In this document: one piece after another, positions 1-10,546 of the stretch
How positions within the stretch are numbered: position 1 is the first letter of the stretch
Layout of the letters: each line of letters opens with the position of its first letter
NCBI GenBank assembly: GCA_016748015.1
Contig: JAAOMT010000349.1
Span: forward strand, 133,285 to 197,284
DNA length: 64,000 bases
Reading direction: 5' to 3'
Source: Geosiphon pyriformis uo1
Lineage: Eukaryota > Fungi > Glomeromycota
Notes under the pieces: model-generated
Databases searched by the model: none
Told to the model about the DNA's origin: nothing
Seen by the model: the letters and a program-made list of their open reading frames with translations, nothing else
Translations under genes and position numbers: made by a program

Positions 1-375
1 GATCATGACTATTAATAAAATATTAATTTTTTATTTCATTTTTTTGTTTTGTTTTTTTATTGTTTATTAATTAATTAAAGAAGTTAAGTGTTAAGTATTT
101 AATATCAAAAATAGTCTGATAAAAAACTTAGAAACAAGGGTAGAAAACTTAAAGATAGTCTACCAGAAAGACATGACTGCTAAAATAAACTAGTTATCAT
201 GCTGAAAAAAAAATTCACAAAAGAAACTATCAATTGGATTTTTGTTTATTATACAAAAAATTTAACTAAAATCTTTAAACTCTAAAACCTTTAGAAATTA
301 CCAATATTTTCAGCTATTAAATATTAAGTTACAGATTGTTATTTGTTTTAATACTCTAAATAATTATCTGTAATA
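1..375 (+). repeat. Partial LTR (U5 end) of Gypsy subfamily B
   Basis: The reverse complement aligns with the start of the B LTRs (28585-28960 and 46218-46580). It ends ...atctgtaata, a decayed TAACA terminus. Confidence 0.85.
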
Positions 376-817
376 TTAGTTATATATAACAAATATATAA
401 GTTGTATTTAGTTGGAGTTATTTAATTTAATTTTTTGTATTAGATAGTAACTAAACTGTATTTATTAAATAAAATAAAAAAATAAAAATAAATAAAGTTT
501 AAGTATTATTTAACACAATATATTAAATTAAGTAATATAAATTAAATATAAACAATAATAGATATAAAATTATTATAAAACACAAAATATTTTTTTTTAA
601 GATTGCTCTATACTTAAATTAAACCAATTATATTTTATTATAATAAATTGTTTTTTAATTATTAATTATGGTTTTATATTATTAAATTTTTTTTTTCACG
701 TTTATTGAGTGAAATCCAAACACTACTTAATACTATACATCAAATAATTGATCTAAATTAGGCGTGAATCATGCACTTTCTATACATGAATAGCCACTCA
801 GGCCAATCAGAACAACA

Positions 818-1800
818 CTATATTCCTATATGAATGGAAACCACATTTAAAGCACCAGAAACAAACAAACTAAATTTATGCAAACCAAACCTAATACCCA
901 ATACATCATCAATACCCAACAACCTGACAACTCCAGCCAAATACAGAGAAAACAGACCAGAAATAGAAACTGGCATAGAACCGTCTTGAGGAATTAACCC
1001 ATGTTTCTCCATAAAGACACGATGTCTGACATAAACCATCCAAATCTCATCTCTAAAAGCCAAGCAAAAATTATGAACAAAGTCCACAATTTTTGCACCA
1101 GCAAGTTTCAGATCACCAAAAACAGAAACCACCTCAAAAAACCAATCATTAAAAACAAAGCCTTTGCACAGAGCAACATGAACTGAGATGTTAAAAATGC
1201 ATAAAGAAAAAGTTCGCAGCACTTGAGAAGAAGAGCAATAAAGGCCAAAAATATCTTCCCATTTAACCGCAAAATCACCAAACAGCTAATCACAACTAGC
1301 AAAGTCAGAATCACAGGAAAAGACATGGTCCGAGATCTCTACACATCCACAATACAAACAAACCACACTAAGGTAACTCCTATCATAGAGGCGTTTGTGA
1401 ATGGCCACAGGCAGTCTACAATGCAGAGCTTTCATGAAATACATGTGCAAACCAGCAGTCCGTTTACTAGTGAAGCCAGCAGCCATGTGTGAATCAGAAT
1501 GCCAAACAGAAAAAAACCTGTGCCAATCGATATTAGTGAGCAAGTCGCCAGTGACAACTCTGGTACCTGAACCAAAATCCCAATGCAAACAGTGAATGGA
1601 TCAATAAATGTCATGCACAAAATACCTAGAATTACCCAAAACAGGACTACCACCAGCCAGGATAAACTGCTCATCCAGCTGGGAGGGAAGAACAAAATCA
1701 GAAAAAGCTGTATGGCCAGCCAGTTCATCAGCCTGGTCATTACCTACAACACCAAAATGTCACTTAACCTTACACCAGCTAATATCCAACCTCTTAGCAC
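818..1800 (-). pseudogene. LINE L1 ORF2, C-terminal part (end of RNase H, Cys/His zinc finger)
   Basis: Reads WCKVK*HFGVVGNDQADELA (RNase H C-terminal motif) and CLYCGCVEISDHVFSC (zinc finger). Homologous to L3 24040-25001. Confidence 0.88.
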
Positions 1801-2785
1801 TGTTACTAGAGGTTTTTGGTCTCTTTTCTTGAATGTTTCTGATGTTGATTTGCTGTGAATTTACATTTTCAGGAAGTAGTTGAACCTCTAATAACTGAAT
1901 TTATCTTCAAATTATCTCCTATAATTTGAACTGTTGGGCTTATAAGTGGAATAGTCAATTCCGTGCCAGTTACTTTGTATAATTACATTGTAGTAAATGT
2001 CAACTCTTTCCTAGGAATTGCTCATCTGGAAGCTCACTAAAAATGTGTAGTTACTTTGCTGTGAAAGTCAACTTTTCTACAGGAATCTCATCTGTAGGCT
2101 ACCCTAATGATTGTAATAAGAAAAGAAAAGAAAAATAAAAGAAATGTAAAAGAAATAGAATTTTATCAAAGGAAACGTTTTTTTCTATCCAGGCCTGGAG
2201 TTACTAACAGTTTATTGAAATTGGTAGCTAATTAATTTCAAAACTGTTTAGTAGGAATTGGTTAATTTTAAAAAAAAAATAATTAAGGATTTGATTTTTC
2301 GAATTATTTGATATTTATTTTGTTTTTATATGTAAAAGATGATTCTAATTATTAAATCTGAAGTAAAATACATTTTTTCGAAAAGAGAAGCTCTTCTTTT
2401 ATATGACTTGTCGTAACACTATTCTATGAACTCGAACTTTGCTATTTTTCTACAATTTTGCTAAACTAAAGATACATTTCGGTGAACTACAAGTTATTTC
2501 TGCAAACTATTAGATATTTCGATGAACTATCAATTATTTCAGTAAATTTCTACAAATTTCGGCGAACTTTTTGAATGTTACATAGTTCGGAGTATTACAT
2601 CATTGATCATTGCAATTAGGTTATATTTGTGTTATATACAAATTGGGTTATTAATTAAATAATAATTTCGGACATTTTGCTAATGTAATAAGTGATAATT
2701 TGAAATGATAATATATGTTAATTAATGATGAGAATTATAAAGATAATTTCATGCTAAATAATATTTTTAATTTTGTCTGGTAACA
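1801..2785 (-). repeat. 3' LTR of Gypsy A1
   Basis: Direct repeat of 10549-11532 with TG...CA termini, adjacent to the PPT. Confidence 0.96.
2450..2570. repeat. About six ~20-21 bp tandem repeats in LTR U3 (core ATTTCGGCGAACT)
   Basis: Units read atttcggtgaact, atttctgcaaact, atttcgatgaact, atttcagtaaatt and atttcggcgaact. The same array occurs at ~11197-11317. Confidence 0.75.
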
Positions 2786-3473
2786 TAACCTTCTCCTCAA
2801 GACTGAGCTCTGTTAAAGTCCAAGTACTGTCTGTAATTTCCAGATAATAATCCAAAATTATTGAAGAAATTTGGTCTGAAAATTGTTAAAATTTCAGTTC
2901 TGTGAGCTTTCCAATGTATTGAATCTTTAAAGGTTGTAAAATTGGGTTTTGTAAGATGTTTTCACAGATGTGGAATAAGTCATAAAGTCTAAGAGCAGCT
3001 TTTAGTTTATAGCGACTGTTTGTAAGTCCAGCTGTTGTTTTGAATTTGTTGTAAAGTTGTTTTTGAATAGCTTTTTTTGTAAGGTTTGCTGTTGTAAGCT
3101 CCCGTTTTTGTTCGTGAAGTGTTTTTCCAATGTAAAAATATCTATATATTGGAGTATAGTCATGGTTTTCTTCATTAAGACACAGTTGAAGTTTTTGTTG
3201 AATAGTAGTATTTAGTGGAATACTAATAAAAGAAAACATTAAATTTTCTCTTAAAGCAAGCTTCAAGAGTTCTGGTAGATGAATTCTAGAATAACTTCTT
3301 GTGTTCTTTTTGTAGAGGTAATAATTTCGTGAATTTGGGGCTAAATTGGCAACTATTTCTGTTTGGGTATAATTAATATGTTTTCTTGTAATAGTGATAA
3401 ATAATTCAGGTATTGTCTTTAAAGCTAGTATTAATTTTTGAGATATTTGTTGAATATTTTAAGGAATAGTCAT
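2754..3473 (-). pseudogene. Third ORF (ORF3, ~239 aa, unknown function) of Gypsy A1, overlapping the PPT and the start of U3
   Basis: ATG at 3473 is in frame with ORF 2886-3266. Only two TAA stops interrupt it (3459-3461, 2886-2888), probably from CAA. The frame continues ...LSLEEKVMLPDKIKNII* to TAG at 2754-2756. Homologues occur in A2, A3 and B. Confidence 0.75.
2789..2798 (-). other. Polypurine tract GAGGAGAAGG of A1
   Basis: Purine run 3 nt upstream of the 3' LTR on the minus strand. Confidence 0.85.
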
Positions 3474-3505
3474 TATAAAAATTTGAGTGAGAAAATAGAT
3501 TGAAA

Positions 3506-4832
3506 TTATTTTTGTCTTTCAGTGTGTTTTGTTTTGTTTTGTTTTTGTGAAATTAATGGTTTAGGATTGTTTCTGAAATGATAGTGTTTTAAACGATCTC
3601 TATGTACAACTTTTGCTAGGATTTTGTCATCAAGTCTTAACTTGCATGATCCATTGCCTAGTATTTTATGAATAAAGAATGGTCCATCCCATTTATTTTC
3701 AAATTTTCCACTCCATTGTTTTTCAGCTTTAGTTTTGTGTAGAAAAACTTTGTTTCCAACTTTAAAATCATTGGTAACTGGAGACAATTTGTTGTTGTGC
3801 CATTCTTTTTGTTGAGTTTGGGAGTGTTTAATATGGGTGGCTGCTATTCATTATTTTTTTTCCAATGTGCTGAGAAGTATGTAGGCTCTTCGTTGAAGTG
3901 TTTCCTGAAAATTGTTTTCATCAATTGGTTGTGCTGGGTATGTTTCTATTGTGAAATTAATTGGTAACATTGCTGTCTTTCCATAAATTAAATCAAATAG
4001 TGTGTTTTTTGTGGTATCTTGTTTTAGTGTTCTATATGCTAGTAACACTGATGGAATAAAGATATCCCACTCTTGCTCAAAATTGGTTGAGACTTTGGCT
4101 AATGACTCACACAATGTTCTGTTAAAATGTTCCACAAGTCCATTTGTTTGTGGATGGTAGGGCAAAAACAGAGGCTTTTTGACATTGAATCATTCACAAA
4201 TTTTTTGTATCAGGTTGTTCACAAAGTGTGTTTCCTGATTGGATAAAAGTTCAATTGAACATCCATGTCTACAAATGATGCTTTGTAGATAAAATTTGCT
4301 ACTGATTTCACATCTGCTCATTGAATGGCTCTGACTTTGGGCCATTTAGTAAGATAGTCTACAGCTACTGCAATATAATGGTTTCCTTGAGTGGTGATAG
4401 ATAGTGATTCAACTAAATCAATACCAACTCGGTTGAAGAGTTGTCCAACTTTGATTGGATTTAATGATTCAGTAGGGCATGTTTCTTTTCTTCTTTGACA
4501 ACTATCACAAGATTCGACATATTCATAAATGTCTTTTCTTATTTAGGGCCAAAAGTAGTATTCTAATGTTCTTTGGGTGGTGCTGTCTTTTCCGAAGTGT
4601 GCTGATGAAGGATCTGAGTGCATGTTGTATAATATAGTTTTTTTTTCTGTTCTTGTATTAATCTGAGTGGTTTGTCAGGGCTTTTGAAATTTCAATGATA
4701 AATAATGTTGTTGTGTAAAAAATATTGTTTGGCTTGTTGTTGTAGTTGATGTTTTTCATCTGGAGACCAATCTGTTGGGATTGTTAGTGTTTCCAAATAT
4801 TGTTTGAGATTGTTGTAGTTTTCTGAGTTCAT
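3506..4832 (-). pseudogene. Gypsy A1 integrase (HHCC, DDE core, GPY/F module; frameshifted)
   Basis: Starts MNSENYNNLKQYL. Motifs: HSDPSSAHFG...CDSC, RVGIDLV...DYLTKWP, PYHPQTNGLVEHFNRTL and WDGPFFIHKILGNG. No chromodomain seen. Confidence 0.92.
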
Positions 4833-4883
4833 TGTTTGTTGGCTGTTTTGGTTGGTTAAGTTGAGTGTTGGTTTTTATGTTTT

Positions 4884-6200
4884 CTAATTTTGTCTCATTC
4901 TGGAGAGACAGTCAACATTGGTGTGGAGTTTTCCTGGTTTGTGATATACTATGTATTGATAGTTTGTTAGAAATCCTGTCCATTGGGTTTGTTTTGCATT
5001 CAGCTGAGTATTTTTGTTCTGAAGCCATTTGAGTCCAATATTATCAGTGATAATATCGAATTCCTTTGGCTGAAAATAAAGGTTGAAATAATGTAGGGCC
5101 CAAATTACAGCTGCTGTTTCTAATTTAGTGGCAGGATAATTTTTTTCAGCTGGTTTTAATGTTCTGCTAGCATAGACAATTACTTGCTCATTTTCATTGT
5201 CATCCAATTGTGATAGAATAGCACCAAAGGCAGTATAAAAGGCATCTGTTACTAATCAAAATTGGTTGCTGAAATCTGGGTAGGTGAGAATTAGAGCTGT
5301 TGTTAGTTTTTCTTTGAGGATTTCAAATGCATTTTGGCATTGAGCAGTTCATTTGTATTTGACGTTTTTGGTGGTAAGCTGGTTGAGAGGTTTTGTGATT
5401 TCTGAGAATTTTTTGATAAACTTCCAATAGTAGGAGGCTAACCCTATGAATTCTTTTAGTTCTGTAGTGTTTTAAGAAGTTTTGAAGTTTTTGACAGCAC
5501 TGATTTTTCCAGGGTCTGGTTTGATTCTATCTTTACTAACAATATGGTCAAGGAAGATCAAGCTTGTTTTTCCGAAGTAGCATTTTTCGATGTTAAGTTT
5601 TAGTCCTGCTTTTCATAATTGTTAAAAAATTTCTCACAGGTGTTTTAAGTATAATTCGAATGATGAAGAATAAACATCAGTATCGTCAAGATAAATGACT
5701 ACTGACTTCTAAAGGAGTCTTTGATACACAACATCCATTAATCTCTAAAACGTTGCTGGTGCATTGCATAATCCGAAAGGCATTACATTGAATTTGTAAT
5801 TTCCACCTTGAGTGGTGAATGCTGTTTTGGGGTGATCTTTGAGATCCATAGCAACTTGCCAGTAACTGCTTTCTAAATCTAGTGTTGAAAAATATTTGGA
5901 TTTTTCAAGGGCATCTAATATGTCATCAATTCGGGGAAGAGGGTAGACATCTCCAATTGTAACACTGTTGAGTTGTTGATAATCGACGCAAAATCGTATC
6001 TTTCTATTTTTCTTTTTAACTAGCACTACAGGTAAAGCCCAAGGACTTATAGAGGGTTGGATGAGCCCATTGTTAAGCATTTGTTGTACTTCTTCTTAGA
6101 TGAATTGGTGGCTTTCTGGAGCAACTCGATATGCTTGTTGTCTTTTTGGTTTGGCATCTCCTATATAAATTTGGTGTTAGACCAAATTGGTTCTTCCTAA
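4884..6200 (-). pseudogene. Reverse transcriptase and RNase H domains of A1
   Basis: SPWALPVVLVKKK, RFCVDY, YPLPRIDD, KTAFTT, MPFGLCNAPATF, YLDD, YASRTLKPAEKNY and HKPGKLHTNVDCLSR. Confidence 0.95.
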
Positions 6201-6726
6201 GTCATTGTTGTTTTTAGCAAAGATATTGGCAAATTCTACAATTAGCTCTTTGAGCTGGCTTCGTTGTTGTGGTTCAAGTTGTCTCATGTTAATTCAAGAT
6301 AGTTTTTCCATGACAACATGGTAGTTTTCAGAGCTAGGGTTTGGGTTGATTTTTGGTAGTGAATGTCCAATGATTTCCGAAAAATTGGGAACTGTCTGGA
6401 GTAGTTTTTGTTGAAAGATGTTATTGTGAATGATTCCAATTTCTAAGTTATTTAATAGAACTATGAGATAATTGTTGGGATTATAAAAAGTAACTCGGAC
6501 TTTCTTTGTTCTTTCTGGAATATAAATGTTTGGAATTGAAATATTATGTTCCAAGCAGACTTGTTCATTGGACTCAAAAATTTGTTGTGTGGTTATTGGC
6601 TTTGGGCAGGTGTAGATTTCCAAATGTTTTTTAAAGGGTGAGATGGTAATTGGTTATGGAAGTCTGAGAATCTGGTGGAATTTGTTCTGTGTGTTAAGAG
6701 CTATATTAATTGAAACAGTGAATTGT

Positions 6727-7159
6727 CCAATTGAACCAAAACCTTGGGTTCCTCTATCACTTTTTCCTAATTGTTCTCTTTGATTGACTAGTTGCAAACC
6801 CGAAATGTTGATTAGGGGTAGGTAAATAGCTTGGGCAATTTTTCCAGCATGGTCGATCTTGAATGATTTGTCAGTTTTATTTTGAAGCATCACTCTAATG
6901 TCTCCAATATATCTAGCATTAATTATTCCTCCTTTGACATTGATTTCTTTGCTTGCCAGAGAGGACCAGGAGGTGATTTGAACTATTGCTCCTGGCAGGA
7001 TTTCGAGTGCAATTTTGAGGTTGATTTTTGTGAGAGATTTGGGTTTGAGAACAAAAGTATTCTTGTCTGGATATCTTAGATCATATCCAGCATTAATTTC
7101 ATGTACTTTTTTGGGTTTTATTCCTTGTCCATTGTTGTTAAAGTATTTGAGTTGTAAGG
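6727..7159 (-). pseudogene. dUTPase domain within the A1 polyprotein
   Basis: All five trimeric dUTPase motifs are recognisable: AGYDL, (R/W)SSLA, GIINARYIGDI (degenerate GxIDxxYxG), KIAQAI and RGTQGFGSIG. Confidence 0.9.
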
Positions 7160-7276
7160 CAGACTGACTTTCGATAAGATAGATGGGTGTTGTTTCAATT
7201 TCTTCTGTTGCTTCAGGTTCTCCAAATTCAATTTCATTTTCATCATTTTTACTGGGCAGGGGAATAGTAAAAGCAT

Positions 7277-7880
7277 AGCATTCAGGACACTATTGCTCAT
7301 CGCAGGGCATTATGCATTCTTCACACAATTTAATGTTCATTTGTTCTAGCCATTGAGCTTGAACTTCTTTGGTCAGATAAGTATAACTGGCAATTTGGTG
7401 ATATACTTCTACTTCATCTTTGTAATTGTATCCAGCGATTTCAAAGGTGTATGCAATGTATTCTGATTCTTTCATTTGAAGAACATTTTTTTGAGTGGCT
7501 CTATTGATTAAAGCCATTGCTAGGTCAAAAATTATTTTGGCATCATAAGGATAATGATACAATTTGTTGAGAGCACTGTTATATGCTGCATCAAAGGGTG
7601 TTTTTCCTTTGACTTTTTCTGAAATTGATAAAACATATTGGCAGGTTTGATCACAGACTCCTCCTCTCATTGTTACATCAATCCAATTGCATTCTTCTGG
7701 TAGCATATCTCCACAAGTCAAACAAGGAGTGTTGCCCTATTTTCCACTTCTTTTTATTAGATGGCCCCATCATTCTCTGTGGCAAGCCTTGCAGTAGTAA
7801 TAAGTATGATTTTCATATTCTTCTTCAGGTGAAATGCAGGCTCCCATTAATGATAGTTTCTTGTGGCAGTCCTTACATTT
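7277..7880 (-). other. Cysteine-rich domain of unknown family between protease and dUTPase
   Basis: CKDC...CKAC...CLTC...CDQTC, then a helical stretch, then CEECIMPCDEQ*CPEC. In frame with the polyprotein. Confidence 0.75.
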
Positions 7881-8117
7881 AAGGGAAATATAGAGGCGTT
7901 GTTTCTTTGGTTTAAGCTTTGAGTAAGGAATATTCCATCCAGGGGTTTCGAGTTTAGAGTGTGGTGTAAAATGTTTTTGTTCAGTTTCATTGGCCCAATT
8001 GAACGTTGATCCAAGAGCCATGAATGTTTCGATTATTGGTTTTTCTTCTTCTGGTTTGAATTCAAAAGCCGGGGCTTTTTCAGAGTGTTTGTTAAATGTA
8101 CCACAAGTGGCAGGTAC

Positions 8118-8470
8118 TCAGACATGTTGTTCTTGGTAAGAGATTTGTAGTTCTTGGGTTTCCCAGTCTAATTTTGCATTGGCTTTTTGGAGCCAATCGT
8201 TTCTAACAAGGGCTTGATACTGGGGAGCATTTATTATAAGAACTTTGACTGGAATGGTAATTCTATCAAGAGTAAACGGAAAATTGTTAATTTCTCCTAC
8301 TGGAGTCTTTTTCATGCCATCAGCAGTAATGATTACTGTCTGAGCTGGTCAGTCAACATTTCTCTTTAACTGTTGCATCAACTGGTAGGTGATGATGCTT
8401 CCAGCAGATCTACTGTCTAAGATCAAGCGAATTGGCTTTCTTTCTGCTTCAGCTTCTGTGTACATTGCAG
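8118..8470 (-). pseudogene. Retropepsin-like aspartic protease of A1
   Basis: IRLILDSRSAGSII (degenerate LDSG) and ALVRNDWL (degenerate GxDW). Confidence 0.88.
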
Positions 8471-9023
8471 TGATGGCTTTTTGCTTGTTAGCTGCTGCAC
8501 TGCTAAGCAAGAATGGTGATTTATTTGCTTCAAATTCGAAAGGGAATATATCAGAGAGATTGGCATTTTTAGCAATTCTGGCTGGTAAAATAGTGGTGTG
8601 GTTATGAGAAGGATTTTGTTGTTGTGCTGTAGCTCTACCTTCCAAGGGTGCAGTATGGTGAAAATTCTGCTCTTCTGGCATTGTTAAATAACTGGGTTGA
8701 GTGTGATAGTGGTTGGGTCTTGGTTGAGTGGAATTTCGGGGAACCAATTGGTTGTTTAAACTGATTCTATTGTTGTTTACTTGGTATCAGTTTTGTGATG
8801 TAAATTAATTTTGTGTAATTAGTCTTTGAGCAGATACTTGATAATGTTGTGTGGGTGGTTGTTGGTATTGCTGTTGGATTGGCTGTGAGGCGGGCTAATA
8901 ATAGTTACTTGGGTATTGGAGTCTTGGTGAATAGTAAGCTAATAGTGGTGGTTGATAATAAAATTGCTGTGGTGGAGAGTAATGTTGATTACTCCTATTT
9001 TGTTGGTCTCATTGTAGCTTTCT

Positions 9024-9770
9024 GCAATCTCTTTTCCAGTGGCCAGAGATTCTACAGTAATGGCAATTTTGAGGCTGGTTATTAGAAAGTGGTGCAAAGT
9101 TATTTTGATTTCATCTTTAAAGTGGTTGATATCTTTGGGGTTGCTGTTGTTGTTTATTGGTAAAATAGTTTTCAACCTTTTTTGTGAGTTGGTCAATTTT
9201 TTTCTCAGCTGCTGAGCTGGTTTCTTCAATTGCCAAATTTACAAGTTTTGTGTGATTGGTCTTTTCTATGGCTATTTTGTATCTTTTTGCATGCTGTATA
9301 GCAGAGTTTAAATCTTTTGGGGCATGTGGGCAAACCTTTTTAATTAGTTTATCTTTTAGACCAGCGATAAATTGATCTAAGATTTGAGCATTAGAATAAT
9401 AATTATTAGTTTCAAGTTGACGAATTTGTTTGAAAAGTTTGTTGAATTTCCCAATATAAGTCATGACAGATTCAGAGGGTTCTTGTTTGATATTGTGAAA
9501 ACAATTTTGAATTGTAATTGAGGTGTTGTTATTGGTGAATTATTCTAAGAAGGCAGTTTTGAAAGCTGTCCAGTCATTAAAAGAGGTGGTCAAGTTTTCG
9601 AACCATTCGCCTGCTGTTTCTTTAAGAAAGTAGGGAATTGTTTTTAACATTCTGGCAGCATTCCATCCATTTGCATCTCCAGCTTTAGTAACTTGGTTGA
9701 GCCATTTTTGGGGACTGGTCTTAATGTCTTCTCCATTGAATTCAGAGATTTTTGCAATGTATGCTGTCAT
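9024..9770 (-). pseudogene. Gag capsid-like region and CCHC zinc knuckle of A1
   Basis: EFNGED...PQKWL...ANGW...AGEWF, and ILDQFIAGL. The knuckle CHYCRISGHWKRDC lies at 9024-9065. Confidence 0.9.
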
Positions 9771-10530
9771 TTCGTCTTCTTCATTTTCACTGTTTATTGA
9801 TTCTTCTTCAGATATTTCAGAGTTATTTTCTTCATTCGTTGCTGTTTCAGAGTGTTTACTTCAATTTTCAGCTAGAAAGTCAAGGAGATTGGAACTAGTT
9901 TGAAGGGGTTCTTGTTGTCTGATGGGACTTTTGGATGATGTAAAATCTTTTAGTCTTGCAAATTGATTTAAAGGTAAATTAGGTGTTTGTGCTTGTGCAA
10001 GTGAAGCTGGAAAAGGTGTGATAGTAAGTAGAAGTTTTGAACTGGTTCCTTGTTCAGGTGTTTGTAAGTATTTGGCAGTTGTCTTTGGTAGTATTGGAGT
10101 ATTTGGGGTGGTTTTTGAGTATTGCTTCAATTTTTGTTTGCCTTTGTTGCTTGTTTCTGTCTCTGATTTAAAATCAATAGAGTATTGAGATTGCACTAAA
10201 TATGTTTCTTCACAGTACTTGATAATATTAAAGTTAAGTTCTTAAAAGTAAGTGGCAAGTGTTTCACTGTTAAGATCTTCAGTTCCCAACTGTGAATAGT
10301 ATACTAAATTATTGTAAAAGTTGCTTCTAACTTCTGAGATATTGTAATTTCCAAAAAGATAATTGTTGATGTGGTTTTCAATGTATTGGTATACTGATTT
10401 CTTGACAACTTCAATTCCGTCTGGAATGTTGAATCTTTGCTTACAGTGGGTGTAAATTGATTGGTAATACTCTAGAGTTGTTGCATCTGGTGTGGTCACC
10501 ACTTTGAATTTGTTTTTGCTTGTGTTGTTT

Positions 10531-10546
10531 CCGTGGGAGAGCACCA
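10531..10546 (-). other. Primer-binding site TGGTGCTCTCCCACGG
   Basis: Begins with TGG 2 nt after the 5' LTR. Complementary to a tRNA 3' end ...CCGUGGGAGAGCACCA. tRNA identity not determined. Confidence 0.88.

Noticed and set aside
1001-1858. Plus-strand ORFs, and similar antisense ORFs over L1, L3 and A1
   Set aside because: They are shadow frames opposite retroelement coding strands. ORFs 1583-1858 and 1608-1832 cross the LINE/LTR junction.
2754-3473. Calling ORF3 an env gene
   Set aside because: It has no signal peptide, furin site or transmembrane segment and is too short. Only its position is env-like.
3474-3790. Chromodomain at the integrase C-terminus
   Set aside because: The sequence ends shortly after the GPY/F module, with no chromodomain motif in A1 or A2.
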